Positions 31,915 to 42,710 of a stretch of DNA of 64,000 nt are shown here, in pieces. The translations under genes and the position numbers were made by a program. The DNA is from a bacterium (GTDB lineage: Bacteria > Zhuqueibacterota > Zhuqueibacteria > Oceanimicrobiales > Oceanimicrobiaceae), in assembly GCA_046758365.1 (NCBI GenBank), contig JBHIAC010000001.1:84943-148942 (forward strand), given 5' to 3'. The notes beneath the pieces were generated by a model. That model saw only the letters and a program-made list of their open reading frames with translations, searched no databases and was not told the origin of the DNA. The first letter of the stretch is position 1; each line of letters opens with the position of its first letter.

Positions 31915-32084
31915 AAATTCGAAGTACGAAATCCGAAATTCGAAACAAATACGAATGACCAAAATACAAAACTCCAAACTATTTGATTAGCAGAATTAGC
32001 TTTTACGGAGTTAGAAAATGTTTTGAACATTAACTATTCGAAATTTGAATTTGTTTCGGATTTCGATATTCGATTTTCGGATTT
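31915..32084. repeat. Inverted-repeat element with 65-nt arms made of 7-nt units (carA/carB junction)
   Basis: The 5' arm aaattcg aagtacg aaatccg aaattcg aaac aaatacg... is in register with the reverse complement of 32020-32084. Confidence 0.85.
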
Positions 32085-32121
32085 ATTCTTCGGTGTTTAA
32101 TTTACAAATTTGGGTTTAATT

Positions 32122-35100
32122 ATGGGAATAAATGCAAAGAAAGTCTTAGTTTTGGGTAGTTCTGCCCTTAAAATTGGTGAAGCAGGTGAATTTGATTATT
32201 CTGGAAGTCAGGCGATTAAAGCGTTAAAAATGGCTGGAATTCAAACCGTATTGGTGAATCCCAACATTGCCACGATTCAAACATCTGAACACCTGGCCGA
32301 TAAAGTATATTTTCTTCCGGTTAACGCCTACTTTGTGGAAAAAGTTATTGAAAAAGAACAACCCGATGCAATATTGTTGGCCTTTGGTGGTCAGACTGCC
32401 CTTAATTGTGGTCTTGAATTGGACAAACAAGGCATTATTGAGAAACACGACATTAAAATCCTGGGGAGTCCCCTTTCGGCCATAAAAGATACTGAGGATC
32501 GAGGACTTTTTGTGCAGCGTCTCAAGGAGATAGACGTGAAAGTGCCATGCAGTGTGGCCGTGCATTCAACAGAAGAAGCGGTGGCGACGGCTTCAAAGAT
32601 CGGATACCCTGTGATGATACGCATCGCCTTTGCCTTAGGGGGACTGGGTTCTGGTATTTGCTCTTCTGAAACCGAGGTCAGGGAACTAGCCGATAAGGCT
32701 TTTTCTTACACTAACCAAATACTAATTGAAGAATATCTTGAAGGCTGGAAAGAAGTTGAATACGAAGTAGTGCGAGATATCCATGATAATTGTATCACTG
32801 TTTGTAATATGGAGAATTTCGACCCGTTAGGTATTCACACAGGGGAGAGTATTGTGGTAGCACCCAGCCAGACCTTGAATAACCATGAATATCACAGGCT
32901 GCGCGAAATTTCCATTAGGGTGATTCGAAATATTGGTATTGTTGGTGAATGTAATATCCAATTTGCTTTAAATCCTCGAACTGGAGATTATTGTGTCATC
33001 GAAGTGAATGCCCGTCTTTCTCGTAGTTCCGCTCTGGCTTCTAAAGCAACAGGTTATCCATTAGCTTTCATTGCGGCTAATTTAGCTTTAGGTTTTGGAT
33101 TAACCGATTTAAAAAATTCTATTACCCAATCAACCATGGCTTGCTTTGAACCCGCATTGGACTATGTGGTTGTGAAAATTCCTCGATGGGATTTGAAGAA
33201 ATTCCGCAGAGTTTCTACGCGCATTGGCTCTGGAATGAAGTCTGTTGGCGAAGTGATGGCCATCGGTCGATCGTTTGAGGAAGCTTTACAGAAAGCTTTG
33301 CGAATGCTGGATATTGGTGTCTTTGGGTTAATAGGGAATGATCATCTAAGATTTGAGGATTTAAAAAATGAACTTACTAATCCTACGGATGAACGTATCT
33401 TTGCCATTGCTCAAGCCCTAAAGTCGGGTTTTACCATTGATGAAGTCCATAAATTGACCAATATTGACCAATGGTTTCTTTATAAGGTTAAGCATATTTT
33501 AGAAGTAGAAGATTCTCTGCAACAATATGCTAATGGGTTATGTCCTAAAGGTACTTTACTGGAGTCAAAACGTGCTGGCTTTTCTGATTATCAAATAGCT
33601 AAGATTTTAAATTGTCAAGAAGATGAAGTTCGTGGGATGCGGAAAAATTACGGCTTGAAACCGTGTGTTAAACAGATCGATACCTTGGCCGCCGAATATC
33701 CGGCTCAGACAAACTACTTGTATCTTACCTATAATGGTATTTCTGATGACATCGAATTTCAGCACAAAAATTCTGTCATGGTATTAGGCTCTGGTGTATA
33801 TCGAATTGGCAGTTCCGTAGAATTTGACTGGTGCTGTGTTAATGCAGTCATGACTTTGAGAAAAATGGGTTATCAAACCATTTTAATTAATTATAATCCG
33901 GAGACCGTGAGTACCGATTATGATGAATGCGATCGCCTCTATTTTGATGAGCTTAGCTTCGAGACTATATATGAGATTTATGAGAAAGAAAAGCCCAAGG
34001 GAATAGTTATTTCTATGGGTGGACAAATTCCCAATAATTTAGCCTTGAAGTTTCATCTAGCCGGCATGAACGTTTTGGGAACTTCTTCGGAAAACATAGA
34101 CAAAGCAGAGGACCGGCATAAATTTTCAACCCTTTTAGATCAACTTAAGATTGATCAACCGGAATGGAAAGAACTCGTTTCTCTGAAGGAAGCCAAAGCC
34201 TTTGCGGAAAAGGTTCAGTATCCGGTTCTGGTAAGACCCTCTTATGTTCTAAGCGGGGCAGCTATGGGCGTGGCTTCCACAGATGCGGAGCTAACCAATT
34301 TTCTTGAAAGAGCAATGAAGATCTCTCGAGAATATCCTGTGGTGATTAGTAAATTTTTGGTTGATGCCAAGGAAATTGAATTAGATGGAGTAGCAAAAGA
34401 TGGTGAGTTAGTCGTCTACGCGATTTCTGAGCATGTGGAGAATGCAGGGGTCCATTCTGGAGATGCCACATTGGTATTACCACCCCAGAGGACCTACATC
34501 GAGACGATACGTAAAGTGCGCACCATTTCAAAGAAAATTGCCCAAGCATTGAGAATTACCGGCCCTTTTAATATTCAGTTCATCGCTAAAGATAATGATG
34601 TGAAAGTCATCGAATGCAATCTGCGGGCTTCAAGAAGCTTTCCTTTTGTTTCAAAAGTCTACAAAATTAATTTTATTGAAATTGCTACCAGAATTCTGAT
34701 GGATGCGCAGGTGGGAAAAAGCCACAAGTCCTTAATGGAACTTGAATATGTGGGTGTAAAAGCCCCACAGTTTTCTTTCACGCGTTTGCAAGGCGCAGAT
34801 CCCACCTTGGGGGTGGAGATGGCTTCCACGGGTGAAGTCGGTTGTTTGGGAGATGACTTTGAAGAGGCATTTCTAAAAGCCTTAAATTCTGTTGGATTTA
34901 AATTGCCAATAAGAACAATATTAATTTCCACCGGTCCACTTGAAAATAAAGCTGAATTTATTTCAAGTGCAAAATTGCTGAAAAACCTTGGAGTACAAAT
35001 TTATGCCACCCGAGGAACATCTCACTTCATGAGACAGTACGGTATAGACACGGAAATATTAAACTGGCCCTTGGAAAAAAAGCGCCCGAATGTTTTAGAT

Positions 35101-35310
35101 TATATCCGAGATAGGAAGATAGATTTGGTCATTAATATTCCTAAAAATTACCAAGAGGAGGAACTTACCAACGATTATATCATCCGTAGGAAAGCGGTGG
35201 ATTTTGGCATACCATTGATCACGAATCTGCAGCTTGCCCGAAGATTTGTTGAAGCCATGGCAAGAAAACCTCTATCTGAATTGCGAATTAAGAGCTGGAA
35301 TGATTATTAA
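32122..35310 (+). CDS. carB: Carbamoyl-phosphate synthase large subunit
   Basis: IGEAGEFDYSG, GIHTGES, two ATP-grasp halves and a C-terminal MGS domain; ATG 32122 (track start TTG 32110). Confidence 0.97.
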   Translation: MGINAKKVLVLGSSALKIGEAGEFDYSGSQAIKALKMAGIQTVLVNPNIATIQTSEHLADKVYFLPVNAYFVEKVIEKEQPDAILLAFGGQTALNCGLELDKQGIIEKHDIKILGSPLSAIKDTEDRGLFVQRLKEIDVKVPCSVAVHSTEEAVATASKIGYPVMIRIAFALGGLGSGICSSETEVRELADKAFSYTNQILIEEYLEGWKEVEYEVVRDIHDNCITVCNMENFDPLGIHTGESIVVAPSQTLNNHEYHRLREISIRVIRNIGIVGECNIQFALNPRTGDYCVIEVNARLSRSSALASKATGYPLAFIAANLALGFGLTDLKNSITQSTMACFEPALDYVVVKIPRWDLKKFRRVSTRIGSGMKSVGEVMAIGRSFEEALQKALRMLDIGVFGLIGNDHLRFEDLKNELTNPTDERIFAIAQALKSGFTIDEVHKLTNIDQWFLYKVKHILEVEDSLQQYANGLCPKGTLLESKRAGFSDYQIAKILNCQEDEVRGMRKNYGLKPCVKQIDTLAAEYPAQTNYLYLTYNGISDDIEFQHKNSVMVLGSGVYRIGSSVEFDWCCVNAVMTLRKMGYQTILINYNPETVSTDYDECDRLYFDELSFETIYEIYEKEKPKGIVISMGGQIPNNLALKFHLAGMNVLGTSSENIDKAEDRHKFSTLLDQLKIDQPEWKELVSLKEAKAFAEKVQYPVLVRPSYVLSGAAMGVASTDAELTNFLERAMKISREYPVVISKFLVDAKEIELDGVAKDGELVVYAISEHVENAGVHSGDATLVLPPQRTYIETIRKVRTISKKIAQALRITGPFNIQFIAKDNDVKVIECNLRASRSFPFVSKVYKINFIEIATRILMDAQVGKSHKSLMELEYVGVKAPQFSFTRLQGADPTLGVEMASTGEVGCLGDDFEEAFLKALNSVGFKLPIRTILISTGPLENKAEFISSAKLLKNLGVQIYATRGTSHFMRQYGIDTEILNWPLEKKRPNVLDYIRDRKIDLVINIPKNYQEEELTNDYIIRRKAVDFGIPLITNLQLARRFVEAMARKPLSELRIKSWNDY

Positions 35311-35454
35311 TCGTAATGATTTAGAAGCGTGTACCTGTTTTATATTTTAATCATGCGCTCGATCCTTACCTCAAGCGGTTGGACTTTGCGATCGATTCCT
35401 TTCTCTTGGTTTTGTAATTACACCTAATCACTCAATTATATACCAAAATTTTGC

Positions 35455-35482
35455 TTGACATTTATTCGAATATTGTTAAACT
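35455..35482 (+). promoter_or_regulatory. Sigma70-type promoter upstream of the USP-antiporter-nuo cluster
   Basis: TTGACA-N16-TAAACT with extended TG. Confidence 0.6.
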
Positions 35483-35577
35483 TAGACTTCGGCAAAATAA
35501 GGGAATTCTTCTAATCCTTTGTTCTCTAATTTCCTTGAAATTGTAAACATAAATTTGATCAGACAAACGGAGCTTGT

Positions 35578-36405
35578 ATGTATAGAAGCATTTTGGTTCC
35601 AATAGAGGGTACCGATTATTCAATGGCTGCCACTCATTTTGCAGTTCAAATTGCAAAAGAGTATGGTATTCAATTAAGCGGTATGGCTGTAATTGATAAA
35701 CCAGATATCGAAAAATCGTTAGGCCCAGTGCCTTTGGGCGGCATGTACTATGCCCTTAAGGCGGAGGAAAAGAAATTAAGCGAAGCCGAAGCAAAAGCTC
35801 GTAATCTCGTTGATGAATTTTCAAAAGTGTGTAAAAAAGAAGGAGTGGCATTTCATTTAATCGTTCGAGAAGGTGAACCCGTAGAGGTTATTTCAGATGA
35901 GGCCAAATATCACGACATTGCGGTGATGGGTTTAAAGACTCTATTCAAATATGGAGCAAAAGGAGACGATAATACTTTGGAAGGATATTTAAGCCATGCG
36001 GCCCAACCCGTTATTGCTGTACCTAAGGGTTACAAAACCGTCAAAAAAATTTTAATCGCCTATGATGGTGCATTACCTTCGGCACGGGCCATTCATAGTT
36101 TTGTTCAAGTTGGAATTTGGAATGACCGACAGGTAACGCTTCTCAATGTAAATGAGAATAAAGAGGAAGGGGATGTGCTCTTAGAACGTATGAGTCATTT
36201 TCTCGAGGCTTACCAAATAAAGTTTGATAAAGTGCATGCATACGGTAAACCTGAAGAAGTCATTTTAAACTTTACAAAAGAAAAGAATTTTGACCTCATT
36301 GTTTTAGGAGCCCATAGTAAAGTTAGAATTACCAGATTTCTTTTTGGAGATACCACCAAAGTAATTTTGGCAAAGGCAGATACGCCTCTTTTTCTTGACC
36401 ATTAA
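35578..36405 (+). CDS. Universal stress protein (tandem USP domains)
   Basis: ILVPIEG, GEP, ILIAYDG and DLIVLGAH...FGDTT. Confidence 0.9.
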   Translation: MYRSILVPIEGTDYSMAATHFAVQIAKEYGIQLSGMAVIDKPDIEKSLGPVPLGGMYYALKAEEKKLSEAEAKARNLVDEFSKVCKKEGVAFHLIVREGEPVEVISDEAKYHDIAVMGLKTLFKYGAKGDDNTLEGYLSHAAQPVIAVPKGYKTVKKILIAYDGALPSARAIHSFVQVGIWNDRQVTLLNVNENKEEGDVLLERMSHFLEAYQIKFDKVHAYGKPEEVILNFTKEKNFDLIVLGAHSKVRITRFLFGDTTKVILAKADTPLFLDH

Positions 36406-36523
36406 TCAAAAGCTAACCTTCTTACATGATGAAAAATACTTTGATAATTAATGATTTACACAATTTCTTCAAATACATATTTTAATTTAAGTTAAAAGAG
36501 GTTAGCTTTTTTAGGGATACTAC

Positions 36524-38059
36524 ATGCGAAAAATAATCATTCCGATATTGATTTTATTATCACTCTTTTATTTCACTTCATTGTTTGGTCAAAGTCATAG
36601 CGAATTAAGTTCGGAGGAACATTCAGAAGCATTTGGGATAGGAACTAAATTACCTCTTTGGAGCATCATTCCATTTATCGGTATTTTGCTGTCAATAGCC
36701 ATCTGTCCCTTAGCCGTAGGCGAATTCTGGCATCATCATTTTGGGAAAGTTTCTGCATTCTGGGCTTTAGTATTTGCTATTCCATTTTTATTGGCCTACC
36801 ATGATGAAGCTATTCATGAAATTCTTCATATTTATATCATCGATTATTTTCCATTTATTATCCTTCTCTGGTCTCTTTTTACTGTTGCAGGGGGAATTCT
36901 GGTTGAAGGGACTATAGTTGGGACCCCATTAGTTAATACGTTCATGTTACTCATCGGAACGGCGATGGCATCATGGATTGGCACCACCGGGGCCGCCATG
37001 GTTATGATTCGACCGGTTTTGAGAGCCAATGATTTTCGAAAAAAGAAAGTTCATATCGTGGTGTTTTTCATTTTTTTGGTTGCTAACATTGGTGGCTCAT
37101 TAACACCCTTGGGCGACCCGCCGCTTTATCTTGGCTTTCTGCACCACGTGCCATTTTTCTGGACTTTAAATTTAATCAAGCCAATGGGACTCATTGCTAT
37201 AATTCTTTTGGGTTTGTTTTTTTTAATAGATACTTTAATGTACAAACGAGAAAAGAAGGAAGGTCCATCCATAACCGAGGAAGAAGCGAAAGAATCTGTG
37301 GTTACGGTTAATTCAGAGATGGCAGAGGTACCCATTAATCCTGGCACACAGGCGATAATTCAAACTCAGGCATTGCGAATCCGGGGACTGTTTAATTTTA
37401 TATTTTTGGCAGGCGTGATGGGAGGCGTATTAATGAGTGGCCTTGTAAATATAGGTGATATTACCATCTTAGGGGTTCATACCAAAATTCAATATCTGCT
37501 AAGAGAAGTGATTTTATTACTTATGGGATTTCTGTCCTTAAAATTAACGTCTCAAAAAATACGGGAAACAAATGAATTTAATTGGTTTCCCATAAAAGAA
37601 GTGGCTTATCTTTTTGCCGGCATTTTTATGACCATTGTGCCGGCGCTTGCCATACTACGAGCTGGCGAGGCGGGACATCTTGATTTTCTGATTAGGTTTG
37701 TAAAGGAACCCAAACATTATTTTTGGGTCACTGGCAGTCTGTCGAGCTTTTTAGATAATGCTCCAACTTATCTGACATTTTTGAATACAGCGTTAGGTAA
37801 ATTCTATGCAGGCACCAGTTTAATTGAGAGCCAAATGGTGGCTAAATTAATCAATGAAAACGGGGTATTTCTATTGGCTATTTCAACTGGAGCCGTATTT
37901 TTTGGTGCTAATACCTATATAGGAAATGCACCAAATTTCATGGTTAAAACCATTGCCCAATCAAGAGGGGTGAATATGCCCAGCTTTTTTGGTTATATGC
38001 TGTGGTCAGTAGTAATTTTAATTCCAATGTTTCTGATCGTATCCTGGATTTTCTTTTAA
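36524..38059 (+). CDS. IT-superfamily transporter (putative Na+/H+ antiporter, CitMHS_2-like)
   Basis: GTTGAAM, ANIGGSLTPLGDPPL, LSSFLDNAPTY and TYIGNAPNFMV. Confidence 0.85.
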   Translation: MRKIIIPILILLSLFYFTSLFGQSHSELSSEEHSEAFGIGTKLPLWSIIPFIGILLSIAICPLAVGEFWHHHFGKVSAFWALVFAIPFLLAYHDEAIHEILHIYIIDYFPFIILLWSLFTVAGGILVEGTIVGTPLVNTFMLLIGTAMASWIGTTGAAMVMIRPVLRANDFRKKKVHIVVFFIFLVANIGGSLTPLGDPPLYLGFLHHVPFFWTLNLIKPMGLIAIILLGLFFLIDTLMYKREKKEGPSITEEEAKESVVTVNSEMAEVPINPGTQAIIQTQALRIRGLFNFIFLAGVMGGVLMSGLVNIGDITILGVHTKIQYLLREVILLLMGFLSLKLTSQKIRETNEFNWFPIKEVAYLFAGIFMTIVPALAILRAGEAGHLDFLIRFVKEPKHYFWVTGSLSSFLDNAPTYLTFLNTALGKFYAGTSLIESQMVAKLINENGVFLLAISTGAVFFGANTYIGNAPNFMVKTIAQSRGVNMPSFFGYMLWSVVILIPMFLIVSWIFF

Positions 38060-38574
38060 TGATAACTTTTCTATTTTTTTTATTTGCTAGCATAGCTATA
38101 GCTTCCGCAATCATGATGCTTGTTCATCGGAATCCCATCTACTGTGCTCTGTTCTTAATTGTGACCCTGTTTGCATTGGCTGGCCTTTACGTTTTATTGA
38201 ATGCACCATTTATAGCAGCGGTTCATGTCATCGTTTATACTGGTGCTATTATGGTCTTGTTTTTATTTGTCATAATGCTCTTAAATCTTAAAAGTGATAT
38301 TGCCAAAGAGCGACCTAGTTGGCTGTTACAGATGCTGGGTATAATTGTAGCGGGCATTTTTTTTATTGAGCTCGCTTTTTTTGTGCATTCTGGTTCCAAT
38401 AGTGCATCGGCTGCCGCATCATTTATAAAATCAGGAAATCAACTCGGTAGTACCAAAGCTATTGGTAATTTGCTTTTTACCGAATACTTACTTCCTTTTG
38501 AGATCGCCTCTGTTTTGCTCCTGGCTGCTATTATTGGTTCTGTGATTTTAGCTAAGCGGAAATTAAAAGAATGA
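38059..38574 (+). CDS. nuoJ: NADH-quinone oxidoreductase subunit J
   Basis: [26 protein letters not shown] and [12 protein letters not shown] 38059 overlaps the antiporter TAA (TAATG). Confidence 0.93.
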   Translation: MITFLFFLFASIAIASAIMMLVHRNPIYCALFLIVTLFALAGLYVLLNAPFIAAVHVIVYTGAIMVLFLFVIMLLNLKSDIAKERPSWLLQMLGIIVAGIFFIELAFFVHSGSNSASAAASFIKSGNQLGSTKAIGNLLFTEYLLPFEIASVLLLAAIIGSVILAKRKLKE

Positions 38575-38876
38575 TTGTACCAATTTCTTATTATTTAATC
38601 TTAAGCGGAATTTTATTTACCATAGGCGTTATTGGTGTGCTTACCCGACGCAACGCCATAGTGATTTTTATGTCCATCGAGCTCATGCTCAACGCTGTTA
38701 ATTTAACCCTAATTACTTTTTCTAATCATTTAAATACCCTGGACGGTCAAATATTTGTATTTTTTGTGATGGTCGTAGCAGCAGCAGAAGTAGCGGTTGG
38801 TTTGGCTCTCATTGTGGCTATTTTTCGAGTAAAAGAATCGGTATACGTAGATGAAATTAATTTGATGAAATGGTAA
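38571..38876 (+). CDS. nuoK: NADH-quinone oxidoreductase subunit K
   Basis: [17 protein letters not shown] and [10 protein letters not shown]. Confidence 0.96.
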   Translation: MIVPISYYLILSGILFTIGVIGVLTRRNAIVIFMSIELMLNAVNLTLITFSNHLNTLDGQIFVFFVMVVAAAEVAVGLALIVAIFRVKESVYVDEINLMKW

Positions 38877-38987
38877 GGTTAGCGAATAGAGAATAGTGAA
38901 TAGGAAATAGAATTCAGAATATAAGGTTTACGGGACGCCACAATGACACTCACTATTCACTTTTCGCTATTCACTATTCACCATTCA
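38866..38987. repeat. Inverted-repeat element of GAATAGN / CACTATT 7-mers (nuoK/nuoL junction)
   Basis: gcgaataga gaatagt gaatagg pairs with cactatt cactttt cgctatt cactatt caccattca; the 5' arm starts inside the last nuoK codons. Confidence 0.8.
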
Positions 38988-39019
38988 GATTGCAAAACCA
39001 AATTGATTAGCGAAGTAAG

Positions 39020-40942
39020 ATGCACGACTATATCTGGTTAGTTCTACTTTTACCCTTACTCGGTTTCCTCATCAATGGCTTGTTCGGCTATCGTTTGAAG
39101 GAAAAGCAAGTTGGCATCCTTGGGTCGGCTGTAGTGGGTCTGTCATTTCTCGTTTCCGCATTTATATTTTTTAGCCTCTTAAACATTCCGGCAGAAGAAC
39201 GTACCTTTACCAAAACCATCTACACTTGGATTAGCACCGGCTATTTTGAAGTTAATATTAGCTTTTTAGTCGATCCCCTGTCGGTGGTGATGATCTTGGT
39301 GGTCACTGGAGTCGGCTTTTTGATTCATGTCTACTCAATAGGCTATATGGCGGGCGACCGTGGATTTGCCCGCTATTTTGCCTTTCTTAATCTTTTTACC
39401 TTTTCCATGCTACTTCTGGTTTTAGCCGATAATTTTCTGTTGTTGTTCGTTGGATGGGAAGGGGTTGGCCTTTGCTCCTATTTACTCATTGGCTTCTGGT
39501 TTGAAGATGATTATAATGCCTATGCAGGAAGAAAGGCCTTTGTGGTCAATCGCGTTGGCGATTTTGGATTTCTGCTGGGACTTTTACTGATATTTTTTCA
39601 TTTTGGGACCTTAGACTTTACTTCTGTTTTTAGTCAAGCTTCTACTGGTCTGCGCACTGGAATGGCCACCGTGATTGCACTTTTACTTTTTGTAGGCGCT
39701 ACTGGAAAATCGGCACAGATTCCACTCTATGTTTGGCTTCCTGATGCCATGGCTGGCCCAACGCCGGTATCAGCCCTGATTCACGCAGCCACCATGGTGA
39801 CGGCTGGAGTTTACATGGTGGCGAGGTGTCATGTGCTCTTTTTGCTATCACCTACGACCTTGACCATTGTAGCCGTGGTCGGTGCAGCAACCGCATTTTT
39901 AGCCGCCACCATCGCGTTGGTAAATCCGGATATTAAACGGGTGCTGGCCTATTCTACTATCAGTCAAATAGGATACATGTTTTTAGCTTGTGGTGTTGGT
40001 GCATTTTGGGTTGGTATTTTTCACCTAAGCACCCATGCCTACTTTAAGGCTCTCCTCTTTTTAAGCGCTGGCAGTGTGATGCACGCTTTGAATGGTGAAA
40101 CCGATATGAATAAAATGGGCGCACTCAAAGACAAACTTCCTTTAACTTACTTTGTATTTTTGATTGGTGCCTTAGCCCTGGCAGGGGTGCCCTTTCTCTC
40201 TGGCTTCTTTTCAAAGGATGAAATATTATGGAAAGTTGTCGGAGTAGGAAGCGACTACGGTGGTTTTGTATTTTGGCTGATGGGGGCTTTTGTGGCAGGA
40301 CTCACAGCCTTTTATATTTTTAGACTAATATATTTAACTTTTTATGGTAAGTCCCGTGTTTCAGTAGAAGTGGCCCATCATATCCACGAGTCGCCGAAAA
40401 TTATGACTATCCCCTTAGGCATTTTGGCGTTTTTATCAGTGACAGGTGGATTCATTGGTATTCCTCACGTTTTTAATAAATTTGAGCATTTTCTCGAACC
40501 AGTTTTTTTGCGTTATGAAACCAAAGGCATAGTCCATGCGACTCCAGCTCCTTTGGATCTGGAATTGAGTTTCATGGGTATTTCAATACTCATCGCTTTC
40601 TTGGGAATTGGCTTTGCTTATCTTTTTTATGTTAAAAGGCCAAACCTTCCAGTTGAATTGTCTAATAAAGTCAAGGGCCTGTATGCTTTCTTATACAAAA
40701 AATGGTACATGGATGAACTATATGAGGCTGTAGTAGTCCGTCCTATTAAATTCACAGCGGACATTATTTTCTGGCGCTGGTTTGATGTAAAAATCATTGA
40801 TGGTCTGGTTAATGGGGTTGCTAATTTGATAAAGAAAGGGGGCGATGGAGTGCGTCGAACTGAAACAGGGGTCGTTCAAAATTACGCTCTCTCTATTGTG
40901 ATTGGCGTGGTGCTATTAATTGGTTATTTTCTATTAAGATAA
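39020..40942 (+). CDS. nuoL: NADH-quinone oxidoreductase subunit L
   Basis: GWEGVGLCSY, GKSAQIPL.VWLPDAMAGPTPVSALIHAATMV and C-terminal lateral helix ETGVVQNY. Confidence 0.96.
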   Translation: MHDYIWLVLLLPLLGFLINGLFGYRLKEKQVGILGSAVVGLSFLVSAFIFFSLLNIPAEERTFTKTIYTWISTGYFEVNISFLVDPLSVVMILVVTGVGFLIHVYSIGYMAGDRGFARYFAFLNLFTFSMLLLVLADNFLLLFVGWEGVGLCSYLLIGFWFEDDYNAYAGRKAFVVNRVGDFGFLLGLLLIFFHFGTLDFTSVFSQASTGLRTGMATVIALLLFVGATGKSAQIPLYVWLPDAMAGPTPVSALIHAATMVTAGVYMVARCHVLFLLSPTTLTIVAVVGAATAFLAATIALVNPDIKRVLAYSTISQIGYMFLACGVGAFWVGIFHLSTHAYFKALLFLSAGSVMHALNGETDMNKMGALKDKLPLTYFVFLIGALALAGVPFLSGFFSKDEILWKVVGVGSDYGGFVFWLMGAFVAGLTAFYIFRLIYLTFYGKSRVSVEVAHHIHESPKIMTIPLGILAFLSVTGGFIGIPHVFNKFEHFLEPVFLRYETKGIVHATPAPLDLELSFMGISILIAFLGIGFAYLFYVKRPNLPVELSNKVKGLYAFLYKKWYMDELYEAVVVRPIKFTADIIFWRWFDVKIIDGLVNGVANLIKKGGDGVRRTETGVVQNYALSIVIGVVLLIGYFLLR

Positions 40943-40950
40943 AATTAAAT

Positions 40951-41005
40951 GATTATACCCTTACTCGGCTAAACTCCCTATTGTTGTTATTTTTAAGGTA
41001 TAATC
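40951..41005. repeat. Short inverted repeat at the nuoL/nuoM junction
   Basis: GATTATACCCTTA ... TAAGGTATAATC. Confidence 0.6.
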
Positions 41006-41021
41006 TTATAAGTTATTCAAT

Positions 41022-42587
41022 ATGACTTTTCCAATTTTAACAATTATAACATTTTTTCCACTTTTTGGGACTTTTGTTTTACTTTTTATAAAAAATGAGA
41101 AGTTAGAAACAATTAGGGTGGTAACTTTTATATCGACGCTCATTGTTTTTGTAATTTCGTTACCCCTCTATTTTGAATTTGATAGCAAAACCGGAATGCA
41201 GTTTGAAGAATTCATCTCTTGGATTCCTGCCCTTGGTGTAAATTATCATTTGGGCATTGATGGTATTAGCCTCTATATGGTTTTGCTTACCACATTCTTG
41301 ACTCCTATCGTGGTCCTCGCTTCGTGGAAAGGTGTAACAAAAAATGTTAAAGGTTTTATGATTTCCATGCTGATTTTGGAGACGGGCATCCTTGGCGTGT
41401 TTGTGTCTCTGGACCTCTTTCTTTTTTACGTGTTTTGGGAAGCCATGCTGATTCCCATGTATTTTATTATTGGTATTTGGGGAGGAGAAAATCGAATTTA
41501 TGCAGCCATAAAGTTTTTCATTTACACCATGGTTGGCAGCCTTTTGATGTTGGTGGCTATTTTGGTTATCTATTTTTATCATGGAGGATTAACAGGAAAT
41601 TATACATTTGACCTTTTAAGACTGCAACAAATAAACTTCCCATTAAGTTATCAGACCTGGCTTTTCTTAGCTTTTGGGTTGAGCTTTGCCATCAAAGTAC
41701 CTATATTTCCATTTCATACCTGGCTGCCAGATGCTCACGTTGAGGCTCCTACCGCAGGAAGCGTAATATTAGCAGGAGTGCTTTTGAAAATGGGAACATA
41801 CGGGTTTTTGAGGTTTTGTTTACCTATGTTCCCACAGGCAACCGCTCAATTTACTCCACTGATTTTTGTTCTGGGTGTAATAGGCATCATTTACGGTGCG
41901 TTAGTTGCTATGGTTCAGCCTGACCTGAAAAAGTTGGTAGCTTATTCCAGCGTCAGCCACCTGGGTTTTGTCATGCTTGGTATTTTTGCTCTTAACAACC
42001 AAGGTATTCAGGGCGGGTTAATACAAATGGTGAATCATGGGCTTTCTACTGGCGCCCTCTTTTTGATTGTTGGCATGATTTACGAACGGCGGCATACGCG
42101 TTTAATTAAGGATTTCGGCGGATTAGCTAAGCAGATTCCAATTTTTACTACCTTTTTTATGATAGTAACATTATCTTCGATAGGACTTCCTGGATTAAAC
42201 GGTTTTATTGGTGAATTCTTAATTCTTCTCGGAACATTTTTAAGCAGCAAACTCTTCGCCATATTGGCCGCTACTGGAGTCATTTTAGCCGCCGTTTACA
42301 TGCTCTGGATGTTTCAACGAGTCATGTTTGGAAAATTGGATAAAGAAGAAAACCAACACCTATTAGACCTTTCTAAGAGAGAAATAGCGGTGCTGGTTCC
42401 CATTGTTATTTTTATTGTTTTGATTGGTGTCTATCCTAATGCATTCTTAAAAAAAATGGAACCCACGGTTGATCATTTAATTGAGACTGTACAATCCAAG
42501 CAAGCTTTGGTTTTAGAATATGAAAAATCTTTTTCTGCCCAAACCCAAAGTCTCTTAATGGACCCAGAGGTCACAAAGAAGCACTGA
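41022..42587 (+). CDS. nuoM: NADH-quinone oxidoreductase subunit M
   Basis: [35 protein letters not shown] and LVAYSSVSH. Confidence 0.96.
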   Translation: MTFPILTIITFFPLFGTFVLLFIKNEKLETIRVVTFISTLIVFVISLPLYFEFDSKTGMQFEEFISWIPALGVNYHLGIDGISLYMVLLTTFLTPIVVLASWKGVTKNVKGFMISMLILETGILGVFVSLDLFLFYVFWEAMLIPMYFIIGIWGGENRIYAAIKFFIYTMVGSLLMLVAILVIYFYHGGLTGNYTFDLLRLQQINFPLSYQTWLFLAFGLSFAIKVPIFPFHTWLPDAHVEAPTAGSVILAGVLLKMGTYGFLRFCLPMFPQATAQFTPLIFVLGVIGIIYGALVAMVQPDLKKLVAYSSVSHLGFVMLGIFALNNQGIQGGLIQMVNHGLSTGALFLIVGMIYERRHTRLIKDFGGLAKQIPIFTTFFMIVTLSSIGLPGLNGFIGEFLILLGTFLSSKLFAILAATGVILAAVYMLWMFQRVMFGKLDKEENQHLLDLSKREIAVLVPIVIFIVLIGVYPNAFLKKMEPTVDHLIETVQSKQALVLEYEKSFSAQTQSLLMDPEVTKKH

Positions 42588-42677
42588 GCACACTGAGATA
42601 GTTAAACTTAATGAAAATTGTAGTAGAAACTAAAACTCAGTGTGGGCTCTGGGTAATCTTTGAGTTCTCTGTGTCCA
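42559..42677. repeat. Inverted-repeat element of CACAGAG-type units about 9 nt long (nuoM/nuoN junction)
   Basis: tggacccagaggtcacaaagaagcactgagcacactgag pairs with ctcagtgtgggctctgggtaatctttgagttctctgtgtcca; it contains the nuoM stop codon. Confidence 0.8.
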
Positions 42678-42710
42678 ATGTAATGGAGTTAATAAAATTT
42701 TAAGAACTAT

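Noticed and set aside
35490..35540. c-di-GMP or other riboswitch upstream of USP (GGCAAA plus hairpin)
   Set aside because: The remaining conserved elements were not found.
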